This document shows positions 27,943 to 38,165 of a stretch of 64,000 bases of DNA, piece after piece; positions within the stretch are counted from its first letter, which is position 1, and each line of letters starts with the position of its first letter. The notes under the pieces were generated by a model that searched no databases, was not told the DNA's origin, and saw only the letters and a program-made list of their open reading frames with translations. Made by a program: the position numbers and the translations under genes. The stretch lies in contig CBDETK010000013.1 in assembly GCA_965242865.1 (NCBI GenBank), positions 928,001 to 992,000 on the forward strand. The letters run 5' to 3'. The DNA comes from Candidatus Latescibacterota bacterium. Lineage in GTDB: Bacteria; Latescibacterota; UBA2968; UBA8231.

Positions 27943-29520
27943 TCACGCCTGTTCCATCTCAAAGGCGACCACAGTGCGCGTCTGCGGGCTAAACTCCACG
28001 CCCACAAGGTAAATCGCCGCCCCGCGCCCGCGATACTTGGCCGCGTAGTCCCGCGCCTGCAACTGACCCAACGCCGACCCCGACGGAGACCGTTCCACCA
28101 CCTTGAACTCGAACAGATACACGTTCTCATTGAACGCCACCGCCATGTCCAACCGTCCCTCCCGGCTGCTGTCCTCCACCGTAATCGAAAGCCCCAGCGA
28201 CGCAAAGTACGAGTAAAACACGCTGGCGTAATAGCCCTCGTAGTGAGCAATCTCATTATTCGTATGCCACTGATAGGGAATGCTGGCAAAGAACGCCTTG
28301 AATAGGGCTTCCAAACCCGCGAAGTCGTTGACCAGCAGCAGATCGTACAGCCGCGCACTGTGCTCAACTCGGCGCGCCGGGTTGCCCGTCAGGTGGCTCA
28401 GCAAGCTCTTGTTCAGGCTCTGCTGCACCTCCCGATTGGGATAGCCCAGCCGATAGTAGGGCTCCCCGCCGCGCACCTCGGCGCGGCGAATAGTCAGGTA
28501 GCCGGTCTGGAACAGCAACGCCTCCGTCGCAATGTGATCCACGTCAAACGACGACAGCAACTCCTCGCTGCCCAGCAGATCCTCCAACGCCAAGGAGCTA
28601 ATCCCCCGCTCCAACAACATCTCCAGCAGAAACGTCGGCGTTCCCGTCTCAAACCAATAGGGCGCGAACTGGCGGCGGTCGAACAGCAGGAGGACATCAA
28701 AGGGGTTGTACACTTGTTCCTCCCCCAGCCAGTTGTAGCCATTGTACCACGTGCGGATGGCTTCGCGGTCCAAGCCGGGCAGTTCCGCGGCAAACACCGC
28801 GTCCAAGTCCGCCTCCGTGTAGCCGCAAATCGCCGAGTAGCGCGGGTCTAAGGTAATGTCTTTGAGGTTGTTGAGGCCGGAGAATAGGCTGACCTTGGAA
28901 AACTTGCTCACCCCAGTGAGAAAGCTAAACGCGATGTGCGCGTCGCAGTCCTTGATCGTCGAATACAATCCGCGCAGGAAGTCGCGGTTCGCCCGCGCCA
29001 CCTCCGGCACCTCTAGCGCGTCTAAGATCGGCTTGTCGTACTCGTCAATCAGCACCACCACCCGGCGACCAGTCTGTTGATGCAGCATCTTCAGCACATG
29101 CCGGAAACGCCCCCGTGCCGTGTCGTAGCTGGCCTCCACCGAAACCGCACGCTCCACCTCGTCCAACTGCTCCAGCACGTCTTGGTGCAGGTCGCCCGGA
29201 TCCTTGAAATGGCCGCTGCCAAAGCTCAGCCGCACCACCGGATGGCGCACCGACCAGTCCCACTGCGGGTGGATGGCCAATCCCGCAAACAGCGGCTCGT
29301 TGCCCGCGAACAATTCCTTCAGCGTATCCAGAAACAGGCTCTTGCCAAACCGACGAGGACGAGACAGAAAATAGTGCTTGCCCTCGGCCACTAACCCACC
29401 GATGTAGCCAGTCTTATCGACGTAGTAGCAGTTATCCTCGCGGATCTCGCGGAAGGTCTGAATGCCAATGGGCAATTTGCGACGAGCCGACGGACCCGCG
29501 TCAGGTTTTATCAGTAGCAT
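27943..29520 (-). CDS. AAA-ATPase-like protein with C-terminal PD-(D/E)XK nuclease domain (start uncertain)
   Basis: LPIGIQTF, YVDKT, RPRRFGKSL, IDEYDKP, GRLD...FEFK..ALGQ...Y. Confidence 0.9.
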   Translation of the reverse strand: MLLIKPDAGPSARRKLPIGIQTFREIREDNCYYVDKTGYIGGLVAEGKHYFLSRPRRFGKSLFLDTLKELFAGNEPLFAGLAIHPQWDWSVRHPVVRLSFGSGHFKDPGDLHQDVLEQLDEVERAVSVEASYDTARGRFRHVLKMLHQQTGRRVVVLIDEYDKPILDALEVPEVARANRDFLRGLYSTIKDCDAHIAFSFLTGVSKFSKVSLFSGLNNLKDITLDPRYSAICGYTEADLDAVFAAELPGLDREAIRTWYNGYNWLGEEQVYNPFDVLLLFDRRQFAPYWFETGTPTFLLEMLLERGISSLALEDLLGSEELLSSFDVDHIATEALLFQTGYLTIRRAEVRGGEPYYRLGYPNREVQQSLNKSLLSHLTGNPARRVEHSARLYDLLLVNDFAGLEALFKAFFASIPYQWHTNNEIAHYEGYYASVFYSYFASLGLSITVEDSSREGRLDMAVAFNENVYLFEFKVVERSPSGSALGQLQARDYAAKYRGRGAAIYLVGVEFSPQTRTVVAFEMEQA

Positions 29521-29661
29521 AGCTTGATCCACCTCAACGTGTAGCTTGGGCAGGTACGGACCTAGTACCGACAAGATAGACGACCGGGACAACCCATGCA
29601 AAGAGGAATTGGCTACCGAGCGCCGACTGTACGCGCTTGCAACAGCGGCTGAGACTTTGGC

Positions 29662-30222
29662 TTATCTCGACCGCTCGGAGGCGACGAACTCGGGTTTTAG
29701 GGCCTGATAATCGGCCCCCAAGCGGGCAAAGATGTCGGCCCAGCGGCGCGGGTAGGACGGATGGCTGCTATTGGGCGCGAAGCCCAACTTGAGATAGCAG
29801 CGCAGGGCCGGAAGGCGGAAGTCGTCGGTCAGCAGGTATATGGGCCGTGGTCCCAACGACTTGGCTTGGGCCACCGCCGCCCCGACGATCAACTTGCTCA
29901 AGCCGCGCCCCTGAAAGGCCGGATGGACCGCAACCCAACCGATTTCCCAACAAGGCCGCAGCTCGCGGGTGCGGTCGTTGCAACCCGTACAGGCGACGAT
30001 CTGCCCCTCGCACTCAACAAAGAGCTGGACCCGAGTTTCTTTTAGGACGCTCTCTAGCCGCGGCCGGTCCCAACGGCCCAATTCGCCGTTGGCTTGCAAT
30101 AGGGCCAACCAGCCCTCCTCGTCGCCCGGGCGATACGTCCGCAGCCGATAGCCGGCCCTTTCCGACCAGTCCGGGGCCGCCTCGCGTCCATACCAGAGGA
30201 TGAGTTGGGGTGCGGGATTCAA
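29662..30222 (-). CDS. GNAT acetyltransferase
   Basis: VAVHPAFQGRGL, A...YLKLGF. Confidence 0.88.
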   Translation of the reverse strand: MNPAPQLILWYGREAAPDWSERAGYRLRTYRPGDEEGWLALLQANGELGRWDRPRLESVLKETRVQLFVECEGQIVACTGCNDRTRELRPCWEIGWVAVHPAFQGRGLSKLIVGAAVAQAKSLGPRPIYLLTDDFRLPALRCYLKLGFAPNSSHPSYPRRWADIFARLGADYQALKPEFVASERSR

Positions 30223-30629
30223 GGGCGGCTTTCCCGACGCCGAAAGAGAGACGACTTAAACTGCTCGGGGCGATGGGGTTGGAGAACGACGATTTCGCAC
30301 TGGGGGAAGGCTTCGGCCAAGCCGGCGGGCCTCCTTTGATCGTAGCCGAGGGCAATGATGTGGGGAGCAACCTCGCCGACGACGCGCAAAAAGTTACACC
30401 CCTCGTGGCCGAGGCGGACTTCGGCGACTTCGGGCAGCTTTGCCAGCGCGGCTTTGCGCTCCTCTTGGGATTGGTCTGGATAGTACCCCTTGATGCGCCG
30501 GACGTTTTCGTCGCGAGCTACCACCACGAACAGTTCGTCGCCCAGCGCAGCCGCCTGCGCGATGAAGGAGCGATGCCCCGGATGCAGGTAATCAAAAGTG
30601 CCGCAGCACAATACGCGCGTTTTATTCAT
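30219..30629 (-). CDS. Cytidylyltransferase-family nucleotidyltransferase, likely RibL-type FAD synthase
   Basis: GTFDYLHPGH, VVVARDENVRRIKG, EER, IALGYDQ, KSS. Confidence 0.75.
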   Translation of the reverse strand: MNKTRVLCCGTFDYLHPGHRSFIAQAAALGDELFVVVARDENVRRIKGYYPDQSQEERKAALAKLPEVAEVRLGHEGCNFLRVVGEVAPHIIALGYDQRRPAGLAEAFPQCEIVVLQPHRPEQFKSSLFRRRESRP

Positions 30630-31077
30630 CGGTGCGTCGGTCTATCCAATACTCGACACTGTGGTCCTTGGCAAAAATGCGGCCAAAACGGTCGGCGTCG
30701 GCGTGCGTGGCAAAATAGCCGATCCGCACCCGCGCTCCGGCAGCGCTGTGGACGCTATAGGCCGGATAGCCCTCGTCCTTCAATTGGCGCACCCTCCGAC
30801 CGGCGCGCTGAGCGTCCCGATAGACGCCGACTTGAATGGTGAATTGGCCATCGGGATCAAAAAACACTGGGCTGGGAGCGCTGGGAGCGCTGGGAGCGGC
30901 TGCGGCTGGAGCGGCCTCAGCCCCAGAGTCAGCCGGCGTTAAGACTACGATCTCGCGGCGACTAGCCGGTTCGGGTTTGGGTTCGGGTTCGGGGGCCCCG
31001 TTGTCGGCACATCCCCCGGCCCAGAGGGCGGCCCCAGTGAGCATCCACAACAGCCGATTGAAATTCGCCGCGCTCAA
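30622..31077 (-). CDS. SPOR-domain lipoprotein
   Basis: Lipobox-like AGGC, Pro/Ala linker, FTIQVGVY...RVRIGYF; TTG start overlapping the hemL stop. Confidence 0.78.
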   Translation of the reverse strand: MSAANFNRLLWMLTGAALWAGGCADNGAPEPEPKPEPASRREIVVLTPADSGAEAAPAAAAPSAPSAPSPVFFDPDGQFTIQVGVYRDAQRAGRRVRQLKDEGYPAYSVHSAAGARVRIGYFATHADADRFGRIFAKDHSVEYWIDRRTDE

Positions 31078-32360
31078 TGCACGGCCTTGAGGGCGGCAAA
31101 GTGAATGCGGAGCGTTTCTTCGATATCCCCTTCCCCGTGGGCGAGCGAGGGAAACATACATTCGTATTGAGAGGGAGCCAGATAAAGGCCCCGCTCTAGA
31201 CAGGCCCAGAAGTAGTGCTTAAAGCGCACCAGATCCACCGTGCCGACGCTGGCAAAATCCACCACCGGGCACGCGGTAAAAAACAGGCAGAGCATGGCGC
31301 CAACCCGGTTTATCGCGTAGTTCAAGCCCAGTTTTTGCAGGTTGTCGGCCATGCCGGCCGCCAAGTCCGCGCAACGCCTCTCCAGCGTTTCGTACGTCCC
31401 GGGTTCGGACAGCATGTTCAATTGCGCCAAGCCAGCGGCCATGGCGAGCGGGTTGCCCGATAAGGTGCCGGCCTGCGAGACCTTGATGCCCAGCGGCGAC
31501 GCGTTTTCCATGATCTCTCGCTTGCCGCCGTATGCGGCCGCCGGCAAGCCGCCGCCGACGATCTTGCCCAAACACGTCAAATCGGGCATCACGCCATATC
31601 GCTCTTGCGCCCCGCCCGGGCCAATTCGGAACCCCGTGATGACCTCGTCGAAGATGAGGACGATGCCCTCTTCGTCGGCTATTTGGCGCAGCGCGGGAAG
31701 AAACCCCTCGCCCGGAAGCACGGTTCCCATGTTACCCGCCACGGGCTCGACGATGATGGCCGCGATTTGGCCGCTGTTTTCTCGCGCGGCCGCCCGCACG
31801 GCAGCCGCGTCGTTGTACGGCAGGGTCAGGGTTGAATCAACCACGCTTTGCGGCACCCCGGGACTCGTGGGAACGCCCAAGGTCAGGGCCGACGACCCGG
31901 CCTCGCTCAAGAAGCTGTCCCCGTGCCCGTGCCAGCAGCCCTCGAATTTGGCGATTTTGTCCCGGCCGGTATGGCCGCGGGCTAGACGCACCGCCGCCAT
32001 GGTAGCCTCGGTTCCCGAACTCACCATCCGCACCATTTCGATGGAGGGGACCATCGCCACAATGCGCTCGGCCAGCGCGGTTTCCAGCTCGGTCGGGGCA
32101 CCAAAACTAGTGCCTTTTGCACAGACTTCCTGCACGGCTTTGACGACCCGGGGATGGGCATGGCCGAAAATGAGCGGCCCCCAAGAACACACGTAGTCGA
32201 TGTATTCGCGGCCATCGACATCAAAAATCCGCGAACCAGCCCCCCGCTCGATAAAGCGAGGGCCACCACCCACCGCGCCAAAAGCCCGCGCCGGGCTGTT
32301 CACGCCCCCGGGAATGACCTGCTGCGCTTGGGCGAAGGCTGTTGCCGAAAGAGAGACCAT
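31074..32360 (-). CDS. hemL: Glutamate-1-semialdehyde 2,1-aminomutase
   Basis: PGGVNSP, SGTEATM, FDEVITGFR, GKIVGGGLP, GTLSGNP. Confidence 0.96.
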   Translation of the reverse strand: MVSLSATAFAQAQQVIPGGVNSPARAFGAVGGGPRFIERGAGSRIFDVDGREYIDYVCSWGPLIFGHAHPRVVKAVQEVCAKGTSFGAPTELETALAERIVAMVPSIEMVRMVSSGTEATMAAVRLARGHTGRDKIAKFEGCWHGHGDSFLSEAGSSALTLGVPTSPGVPQSVVDSTLTLPYNDAAAVRAAARENSGQIAAIIVEPVAGNMGTVLPGEGFLPALRQIADEEGIVLIFDEVITGFRIGPGGAQERYGVMPDLTCLGKIVGGGLPAAAYGGKREIMENASPLGIKVSQAGTLSGNPLAMAAGLAQLNMLSEPGTYETLERRCADLAAGMADNLQKLGLNYAINRVGAMLCLFFTACPVVDFASVGTVDLVRFKHYFWACLERGLYLAPSQYECMFPSLAHGEGDIEETLRIHFAALKAVH

Positions 32361-32363
32361 GAG

Positions 32364-32807
32364 TTATCCCTTTTTTTCGTAGCGGAGTTCTAGGTCAGCG
32401 TTAACAGTCTTGGCTGTCAGCCAAGAAAAGCGGTTACTCAAGATAAAGTAGTAGGCTTCGTCGCTACGTAGGGCAACGGAGAAGCGATCCGTCGTAACCC
32501 TGTGAACCGAAAAGAGTGAGCGAAAGTTGTTGTCGTTGCGAAAGTTAGTGTAACCAATTTCATCCACTACGTAGGCGTTGATGTCCCGACTCCCCCCGGA
32601 TGTTACCTTAAATGTTCCACTAAGCACAAAATTGCGTCCAGACTCAACGTCTCTTGGATCAATCTTCACCCGCAAAAAGGTACCCGCAGCGATCCGGGTA
32701 GATACTACGTTATAGGGAGTAGATCGAGGCTCCCAAGTTGGTCCCAGCAGCCCATCGCCACAAGCGGACAACAAGAGCAAAAGCGGGAAGAAGAGTAGAA
32801 TTTTCAC
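32364..32807 (-). CDS. Hypothetical beta-rich lipoprotein
   Basis: LLLLSAC lipobox, AGGAG RBS, lower GC than its neighbours. Confidence 0.7.
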   Translation of the reverse strand: MKILLFFPLLLLLSACGDGLLGPTWEPRSTPYNVVSTRIAAGTFLRVKIDPRDVESGRNFVLSGTFKVTSGGSRDINAYVVDEIGYTNFRNDNNFRSLFSVHRVTTDRFSVALRSDEAYYFILSNRFSWLTAKTVNADLELRYEKKG

Positions 32808-32901
32808 AGGTCGTTCTCCTTGGTGGCTTCTTTGATCTTTCTTTTCTGATCCTTGCGCTCAAAATAATACATAGTCATTAAGAATCAAGCTCTTAGAGCG
32901 T

Positions 32902-33876
32902 TCACAATATCTGTAAAAGATCAGCCTCTTCCTCTGCTAAACGCTCTAGCACGACCAGTCGCTGCGCCCGTCCGCGCTCGGGCCTCTCCAAGTCGGCCAA
33001 GACTTCCAAAGGATAGTCCCCGGCTTCCAACGGAGCGATGAAGGAGGCGAAATCAGCGACTTGGACCACGGCGATTCCACCCGCTCGCAACACCCGCGCC
33101 AATTCGGCCAGTTCCGCGGCGGGGTTTGCTCCGGCCAAGCTGAATGCGTAATCGAGACGCCCCCCCACGAAGGGCAGCTGGTCCAGCGCGGCGCGTAGGT
33201 GCGCTCGGATACCCACCAGCAGGCGCGGTGCAAACGCCTCCCGCAGCGCGGCCAACTCGCCCGGGTCGCGGCGCGCCCAGAGGACGCATGCCCCCGGCTG
33301 CATGGCCACCAAGCGGGCCAAGCAATACGCCACGGCCGCATTCGGCGCGACGCCCGGTCCCAGCCGCAGCCCCAACAACGCCCGTCGGCCGGTCAGTTGT
33401 ACGTGAAACCGCAAAAGGTGCGGCCCTGTGCCGTGGCGCAACCCGTGCTCGTCGCGCAAAACCGCTGCCACGGCCGCGATCAACTCGGCCGCGCTGAACC
33501 GATAGCGGCCCTGTAGGGTCGCGCTCAGAGCAAAAGCACCGGGATCAACGGGCGCGGATTGGGCCTGCGCGAGGCTTTTGACGGGCGTCAAATCGCAACG
33601 CGCAATGCGGTTGCAGATGTATTCAAGGCCCGGACGCCCCACCGTAACCCCGTGCAACTGGCGGATTAAACCGGCGCACTGCACGGCCGAGCGTAGCCGC
33701 AGCAGCCGCTCCGGGCTGCGCTGGTACGTGAAGAAAATCCGGCCCACGCGCCCGCCCGGTTCGACCGCGACCTGTTGGACCTCAGGCGCGTACTCGCGCA
33801 ACTCGTCGAGGGCGACCGCCTCCAACCCGCTCGGCACCGCCAGCCAATAGCGATAGATCTTGTCGTTGGCGGCCAT
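32902..33876 (-). CDS. THUMP/methyltransferase-like protein (degenerate)
   Basis: VPSGLE.VA..EL, LLRLRSA; ELARVLRAGG methyltransferase-type tail. Confidence 0.55.
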   Translation of the reverse strand: MAANDKIYRYWLAVPSGLEAVALDELREYAPEVQQVAVEPGGRVGRIFFTYQRSPERLLRLRSAVQCAGLIRQLHGVTVGRPGLEYICNRIARCDLTPVKSLAQAQSAPVDPGAFALSATLQGRYRFSAAELIAAVAAVLRDEHGLRHGTGPHLLRFHVQLTGRRALLGLRLGPGVAPNAAVAYCLARLVAMQPGACVLWARRDPGELAALREAFAPRLLVGIRAHLRAALDQLPFVGGRLDYAFSLAGANPAAELAELARVLRAGGIAVVQVADFASFIAPLEAGDYPLEVLADLERPERGRAQRLVVLERLAEEEADLLQIL

Positions 33877-35159
33877 TACTCGGCGCGTCTCGGGGGTACA
33901 ATCTGCATCGCGCTCAAGTGTGCTGGCGACAGGCAGCTATCGAGCACTTCGAGGATGTCGCCGACCGCAATCTGCTCGTGGACAGCAAAATAGAGGCTGG
34001 GGGTAGCTTGGCTGGCCGCGGCCGAGCAAAGCAGATCGGCCACATCCTCGGCTTGCTCCCACGCCCGCAGCAGCAGGCCGTAGGCTTTGCGCTTGGCGCG
34101 GTCCAAATCCGCGGCCACGACGCGCTCGTCGAGGCCGGCCAAGGCAGCCCCTATTTCCTCGCCCAATCGCTCGCTCTGTTGGGTATATCCCCCCACCGCG
34201 CAAAAGCAGAACGTCGGCTCGGCATAGACCTCGGCCCCAAAGGCATCGCCGTCGATGAGGCCGTCTTCGTAGTGGGTGGCAAAAAAATCGCTCGCCGGCC
34301 CCAAGGCGATATCCAAGGCCAGCTCTAAGGCCAGTTCCCGCAACAGCAAGTCGCGCCCCGACCGGCCCGCAAGAGAGTCGCCAAAAAGCAGCACGGTATA
34401 GGGCCGGCTCACCGGCAGGACTAGGGCTTCGAGCGGCTGCGGCTGCGGCAAAACCACTGGCCGCTCCACCCGGTCCCAAGCGGAAGGCGGCCGGCTGTAT
34501 TTCAGCAAGCTGGACTCGACGACCGCGCAAGTGGCCTCGATGTCGAAATCCCCGCACAGGTACAGCCCCATGTACTCGGGGCGGTAAAAGGCTTGGTGGC
34601 AACGGGTTAGCACGGCCGCGTCAATCTGCCCAAGGCTCGCCCGCGTACCGGCCATATCCCAGGCCAAGGGGCCATCCCCATACAGCCCCGCAAGCCCGTG
34701 CAAAAACCCGATCCACTCCGGGTCGTCGCAGCTGATCTGGAGTTCGCGCTCGATGATTTCGCGCTCCTGAGCCACGCCGGCCGGGCGGATGTGCAGGTCC
34801 AACGCCAGTTCCAAGAGCAACGCTAGGTGCGCGGCAAAATGCTCAATGCACGTCAGAGAAAAAACAGTGGAAGTAAAACTGGTGCTGGCGTTTACGTCGC
34901 CGCCGAGGCGGCTGATTTGCTCGGTGATGTCGCCGTGGGGTTTGGCAAACAGGCCGTGTTCGAGAAAGTGCGCGGTTCCAACCGGCGCGGTCAGGACCTG
35001 CCCAGCGTCGCGGCCGCGCACCTGCAGATCGACCGAACCGTAGTCTATGGACAGCACGGCGGCTTTTTGCCGACTGCCCGGGCGCGGGACCGCCCACACC
35101 TCGAGGCCGCCTAAGCCCCTGCGGTACACGACTTCGCCCAATACGGTCTCACGTCCCAT
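33876..35159 (-). CDS. M16 peptidase, YmfH-like
   Basis: GTAHFLEH, NASTSF, E.II..E. Confidence 0.88.
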   Translation of the reverse strand: MGRETVLGEVVYRRGLGGLEVWAVPRPGSRQKAAVLSIDYGSVDLQVRGRDAGQVLTAPVGTAHFLEHGLFAKPHGDITEQISRLGGDVNASTSFTSTVFSLTCIEHFAAHLALLLELALDLHIRPAGVAQEREIIERELQISCDDPEWIGFLHGLAGLYGDGPLAWDMAGTRASLGQIDAAVLTRCHQAFYRPEYMGLYLCGDFDIEATCAVVESSLLKYSRPPSAWDRVERPVVLPQPQPLEALVLPVSRPYTVLLFGDSLAGRSGRDLLLRELALELALDIALGPASDFFATHYEDGLIDGDAFGAEVYAEPTFCFCAVGGYTQQSERLGEEIGAALAGLDERVVAADLDRAKRKAYGLLLRAWEQAEDVADLLCSAAASQATPSLYFAVHEQIAVGDILEVLDSCLSPAHLSAMQIVPPRRAE

Positions 35160-36414
35160 GTAGGAGAAAGGCCGTGTCTGCTGTGATGCCCCCGGCCACG
35201 CGGGTTAGGTCCTCGACGCCGACTTGCTCGACGCGCTGCCACAGCACCTGCGGGGACTGGCTGCCTCCGGCCAGCCCCTCCCGCAGTTGGTAGCGAAAAA
35301 AGCCCTCGCGGTCTTCGGCCAACCCCAACAGCCGCGCCCTCAGCCAGCACCGGGCGGCTTCGATCTCTTGGGGAGTAAAGGCCCCGGTTCGCAGCACTTG
35401 GAGCTCCTGTTCCACCGCCGCTCGGGCTTGGGGGTACGCGGCCGCTTCAATGCCCGCGGCCACAAACAGCAGTCCGCTCAAGGCCTCAAGGTGCGATGCC
35501 ACGTAGTAGCACAACCCGGCTTCTTCGCGCAGGTGTTTGAACAGCCGCGAAGGGCCGTCGCCGCCCAGCATCAGGTTTAGGAGCACCAACGCCGGATAGT
35601 CGTCGGTGCCGTCCGCGCCATACGCAACGTGCGTGCGATAGCCCAGCACCATGTTGGCCTCGCGCACTGCTTGGCATTCAAAAATCGTGCGCGGCCGCCC
35701 CGCAATGCACGGGCGCGGCCGCGGAGGCTGGCTCGCGGTGCGCTGCCAAGTAAAAAGCGACTCCATCAAGGGCCGCACCTGCTCCAAGCACACAGCGCCG
35801 CTCACGAACAGGTCTAGGCGGTCGGTCGCCATCCGCTCGCGGTGGAAAGCCCACAACTCGTCCGCCTGCACCGCGGCAAAGTCGGCCGGGTTGCCCAGCG
35901 CGGACAAGCCCATGGGTTCGCCCCGGCACATCTCCTCGCGGCATCGCCTTTGGGCGTAGCTTAATTTGTCGTTGAAGCCATCGGCGATTTGCCGCGCGAG
36001 GCGGCTTTTTTCGCGCGCTAAATGAGCATCCTGAAAGCCGTGGCCATCGCGCAGGACATCGCGCAGGAAGGTCAGGCCGCGTTCCAGTATTCCTTTCTCC
36101 CCAAGGAAGTTCTCGTCGATGATCTCTAGGCACAAATGAATGAACTGATGCGCCCCTACCCGATCGACTTGGACCGAGTAATGCGCTCCATAGAGATCGT
36201 CGATAAAGCGGTTGAGGCTCTGGACATCGGGCAGCTTGTGGGTGCCCCGCGCCAGCAGGCGGCTGCTCAGGGCCACGAGCGAATGGCGCGGCGCACCCAG
36301 CGGCGTACTCAGACACGCATCCACTCGGATCGTCTTGTACAACCCGATGCGATGCACGTGCAAATAAACGCCGTCCGCGAGTTGGACGCGGGTGAATTCA
36401 CCGGCTGCGCGCAT
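35149..36414 (-). CDS. M16 peptidase inactive partner, YmfF-like
   Basis: LYGA, NDK..YA, GG...SRLF..LRE..GLCYY; no HXXEH. Confidence 0.82.
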   Translation of the reverse strand: MRAAGEFTRVQLADGVYLHVHRIGLYKTIRVDACLSTPLGAPRHSLVALSSRLLARGTHKLPDVQSLNRFIDDLYGAHYSVQVDRVGAHQFIHLCLEIIDENFLGEKGILERGLTFLRDVLRDGHGFQDAHLAREKSRLARQIADGFNDKLSYAQRRCREEMCRGEPMGLSALGNPADFAAVQADELWAFHRERMATDRLDLFVSGAVCLEQVRPLMESLFTWQRTASQPPRPRPCIAGRPRTIFECQAVREANMVLGYRTHVAYGADGTDDYPALVLLNLMLGGDGPSRLFKHLREEAGLCYYVASHLEALSGLLFVAAGIEAAAYPQARAAVEQELQVLRTGAFTPQEIEAARCWLRARLLGLAEDREGFFRYQLREGLAGGSQSPQVLWQRVEQVGVEDLTRVAGGITADTAFLLHGT

Positions 36415-36457
36415 TGACGCCCAGCACCCTTCTTGGTTTAGTTTTCGCATGGTCCGC

Positions 36458-37195
36458 ATGAATCCGCTCGACAACATCCGCGTCGTGCTCGTTGAGCCGG
36501 CCACGCCCGGCAATATCGGCGCTACGGCCCGCGTGCTCAAAACCACGGGCATCCGTCAGTTGGCCTTGGTCAATCCCGGGGCGTGGGATACGCCCCAAGC
36601 GCGCACCTTTGCCCACGGCGCGGGCGATGTTCTCGACGGCAGCCAAGTGTTCCCTAGCCTAGCCGCGGCCGTAGCCGATTGCCACCTCGTCGTCGGTACG
36701 ACCCATCGGCAGGGCCGCTTCCGCACGGTTACCTCCGCGCCGCCGGCCCTGATCGACCAACTCGCCGCCCAAGTACACCACCGCCGGATCGCGCTCGTGT
36801 TCGGCCGCGAACGGGACGGCTTGTGGCACGAGGAACTCGCGCTCTGCCACCAAGTGCTGAGGTTCCCCACGGCCGTGGCCTATCCCTCCCTCAACCTCTC
36901 CCACGCCGTGCTCCTGCTGACCTATGGCCTGTACAGCGCGGTGGGCGAAGCACCACCGGCCCCCTCCGCCCAACCCGCAACGACCGGCGAGCGCGAGCGC
37001 ATGTTGGCCCAGCTTTTGCACGCCTTAGCCGAGATAGAGTTTACCCCGTACAACAACGAGCCAGAGCACTTTGGCCGCGTGCTGCGCCGCTTCTTCAACA
37101 AGGTCGATTTGGAAGTGCGGGATGTGCGGGCGATTCAGACGATATGCGGCCAGATCCGCAAGTTCAGCCGCCGCTATCGCGGCCGGGCCGACTGA
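36458..37195 (+). CDS. trmJ: SPOUT RNA methyltransferase, TrmJ/LasT family
   Basis: [33 protein letters not shown]. Confidence 0.85.
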   Translation: MNPLDNIRVVLVEPATPGNIGATARVLKTTGIRQLALVNPGAWDTPQARTFAHGAGDVLDGSQVFPSLAAAVADCHLVVGTTHRQGRFRTVTSAPPALIDQLAAQVHHRRIALVFGRERDGLWHEELALCHQVLRFPTAVAYPSLNLSHAVLLLTYGLYSAVGEAPPAPSAQPATTGERERMLAQLLHALAEIEFTPYNNEPEHFGRVLRRFFNKVDLEVRDVRAIQTICGQIRKFSRRYRGRAD

Positions 37196-38157
37196 TGGGC
37201 CACCTGCTCCAAGTCCGAGTCGACCATCTGCTGGACCATTTCTTCAAAGCCGACCTCGGGGTGCCAACCGAGTTTTCCCCGCGCCTTCGCTGCATCGCCC
37301 AACAGGGTATGTACCTCGGCGGGACGCAAAAAGCGCTCATCCACAACCACGTATTGCCGCCAGTCTAAGCCCGCGTGGGCAAAGGCGACCTCGCAGAATT
37401 CGCCAATGGTGTGCGAGACGCCCGTGGCGACGACGTAATCGTCCGGGGCGTCCTGCTGGAGCATCATCCACATGGCGCGGACAAAGTCGCTCGCATGGCC
37501 CCAATCGCGGCGGGCCTCCAGATTGCCGAGGCGCAGCTCTGAGTCGAGTCCGCATTTGATGCGAGCCACGCCGTGCGTGATTTTGCGGGTGACGAATTCG
37601 CGCCCGCGGCGCGGGGACTCGTGATTGAACAGAATGCCCGTGCAGGCAAACAAACCGTAGCTTTCGCGGTAGTTGATGGTGATCCAATGCGCGTAGAGCT
37701 TGGATACTCCGTAGGGCGAGCGCGGATAAAAGGCCGTTTGCTCGTTTTGCGGCGTTTCTTGGGCCTTGCCGAACAACTCGCTGGTGCTGGCTTGGTAAAA
37801 GCGGATATTCTCGCCGCAGGCGCGGATGGCTTCCAAAATCCGCGTCACCCCCAAGCCGGTCACTTCGCCGGTCAACATGGGCTGCTCCCAAGAGACCGGC
37901 ACAAAGGACTGGGCCCCTAGGTTGTACACTTCCTGCGGCCGCGCGGCCTGCAACGCCGAAACCAGCGACTTCTGGTCCAGCAGATCGCCGGAGATCAGCT
38001 CGATTTGGTCCTGCAAGTGGCCGATCCGCTCGAAGTTGACCGTGCTGCTGCGGCGCACCAGCCCGAACACCTCATAGCCCTTTTCGAGCAGCCATTCGGC
38101 CAAGTACGAACCGTCTTGCCCGGTGATGCCGGTGATTACGGCGCGCTTTGGACTCAT
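37174..38157 (-). CDS. gmd: GDP-mannose 4,6-dehydratase
   Basis: [37 protein letters not shown]. Confidence 0.95.
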   Translation of the reverse strand: MSPKRAVITGITGQDGSYLAEWLLEKGYEVFGLVRRSSTVNFERIGHLQDQIELISGDLLDQKSLVSALQAARPQEVYNLGAQSFVPVSWEQPMLTGEVTGLGVTRILEAIRACGENIRFYQASTSELFGKAQETPQNEQTAFYPRSPYGVSKLYAHWITINYRESYGLFACTGILFNHESPRRGREFVTRKITHGVARIKCGLDSELRLGNLEARRDWGHASDFVRAMWMMLQQDAPDDYVVATGVSHTIGEFCEVAFAHAGLDWRQYVVVDERFLRPAEVHTLLGDAAKARGKLGWHPEVGFEEMVQQMVDSDLEQVAHQSARPR

Positions 38158-38165
38158 CTCACTCC

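Noticed and set aside
30871-30991. 9-bp and 6-bp tandem repeats
   Set aside because: Encode the ordinary APS/PE linker of the SPOR protein
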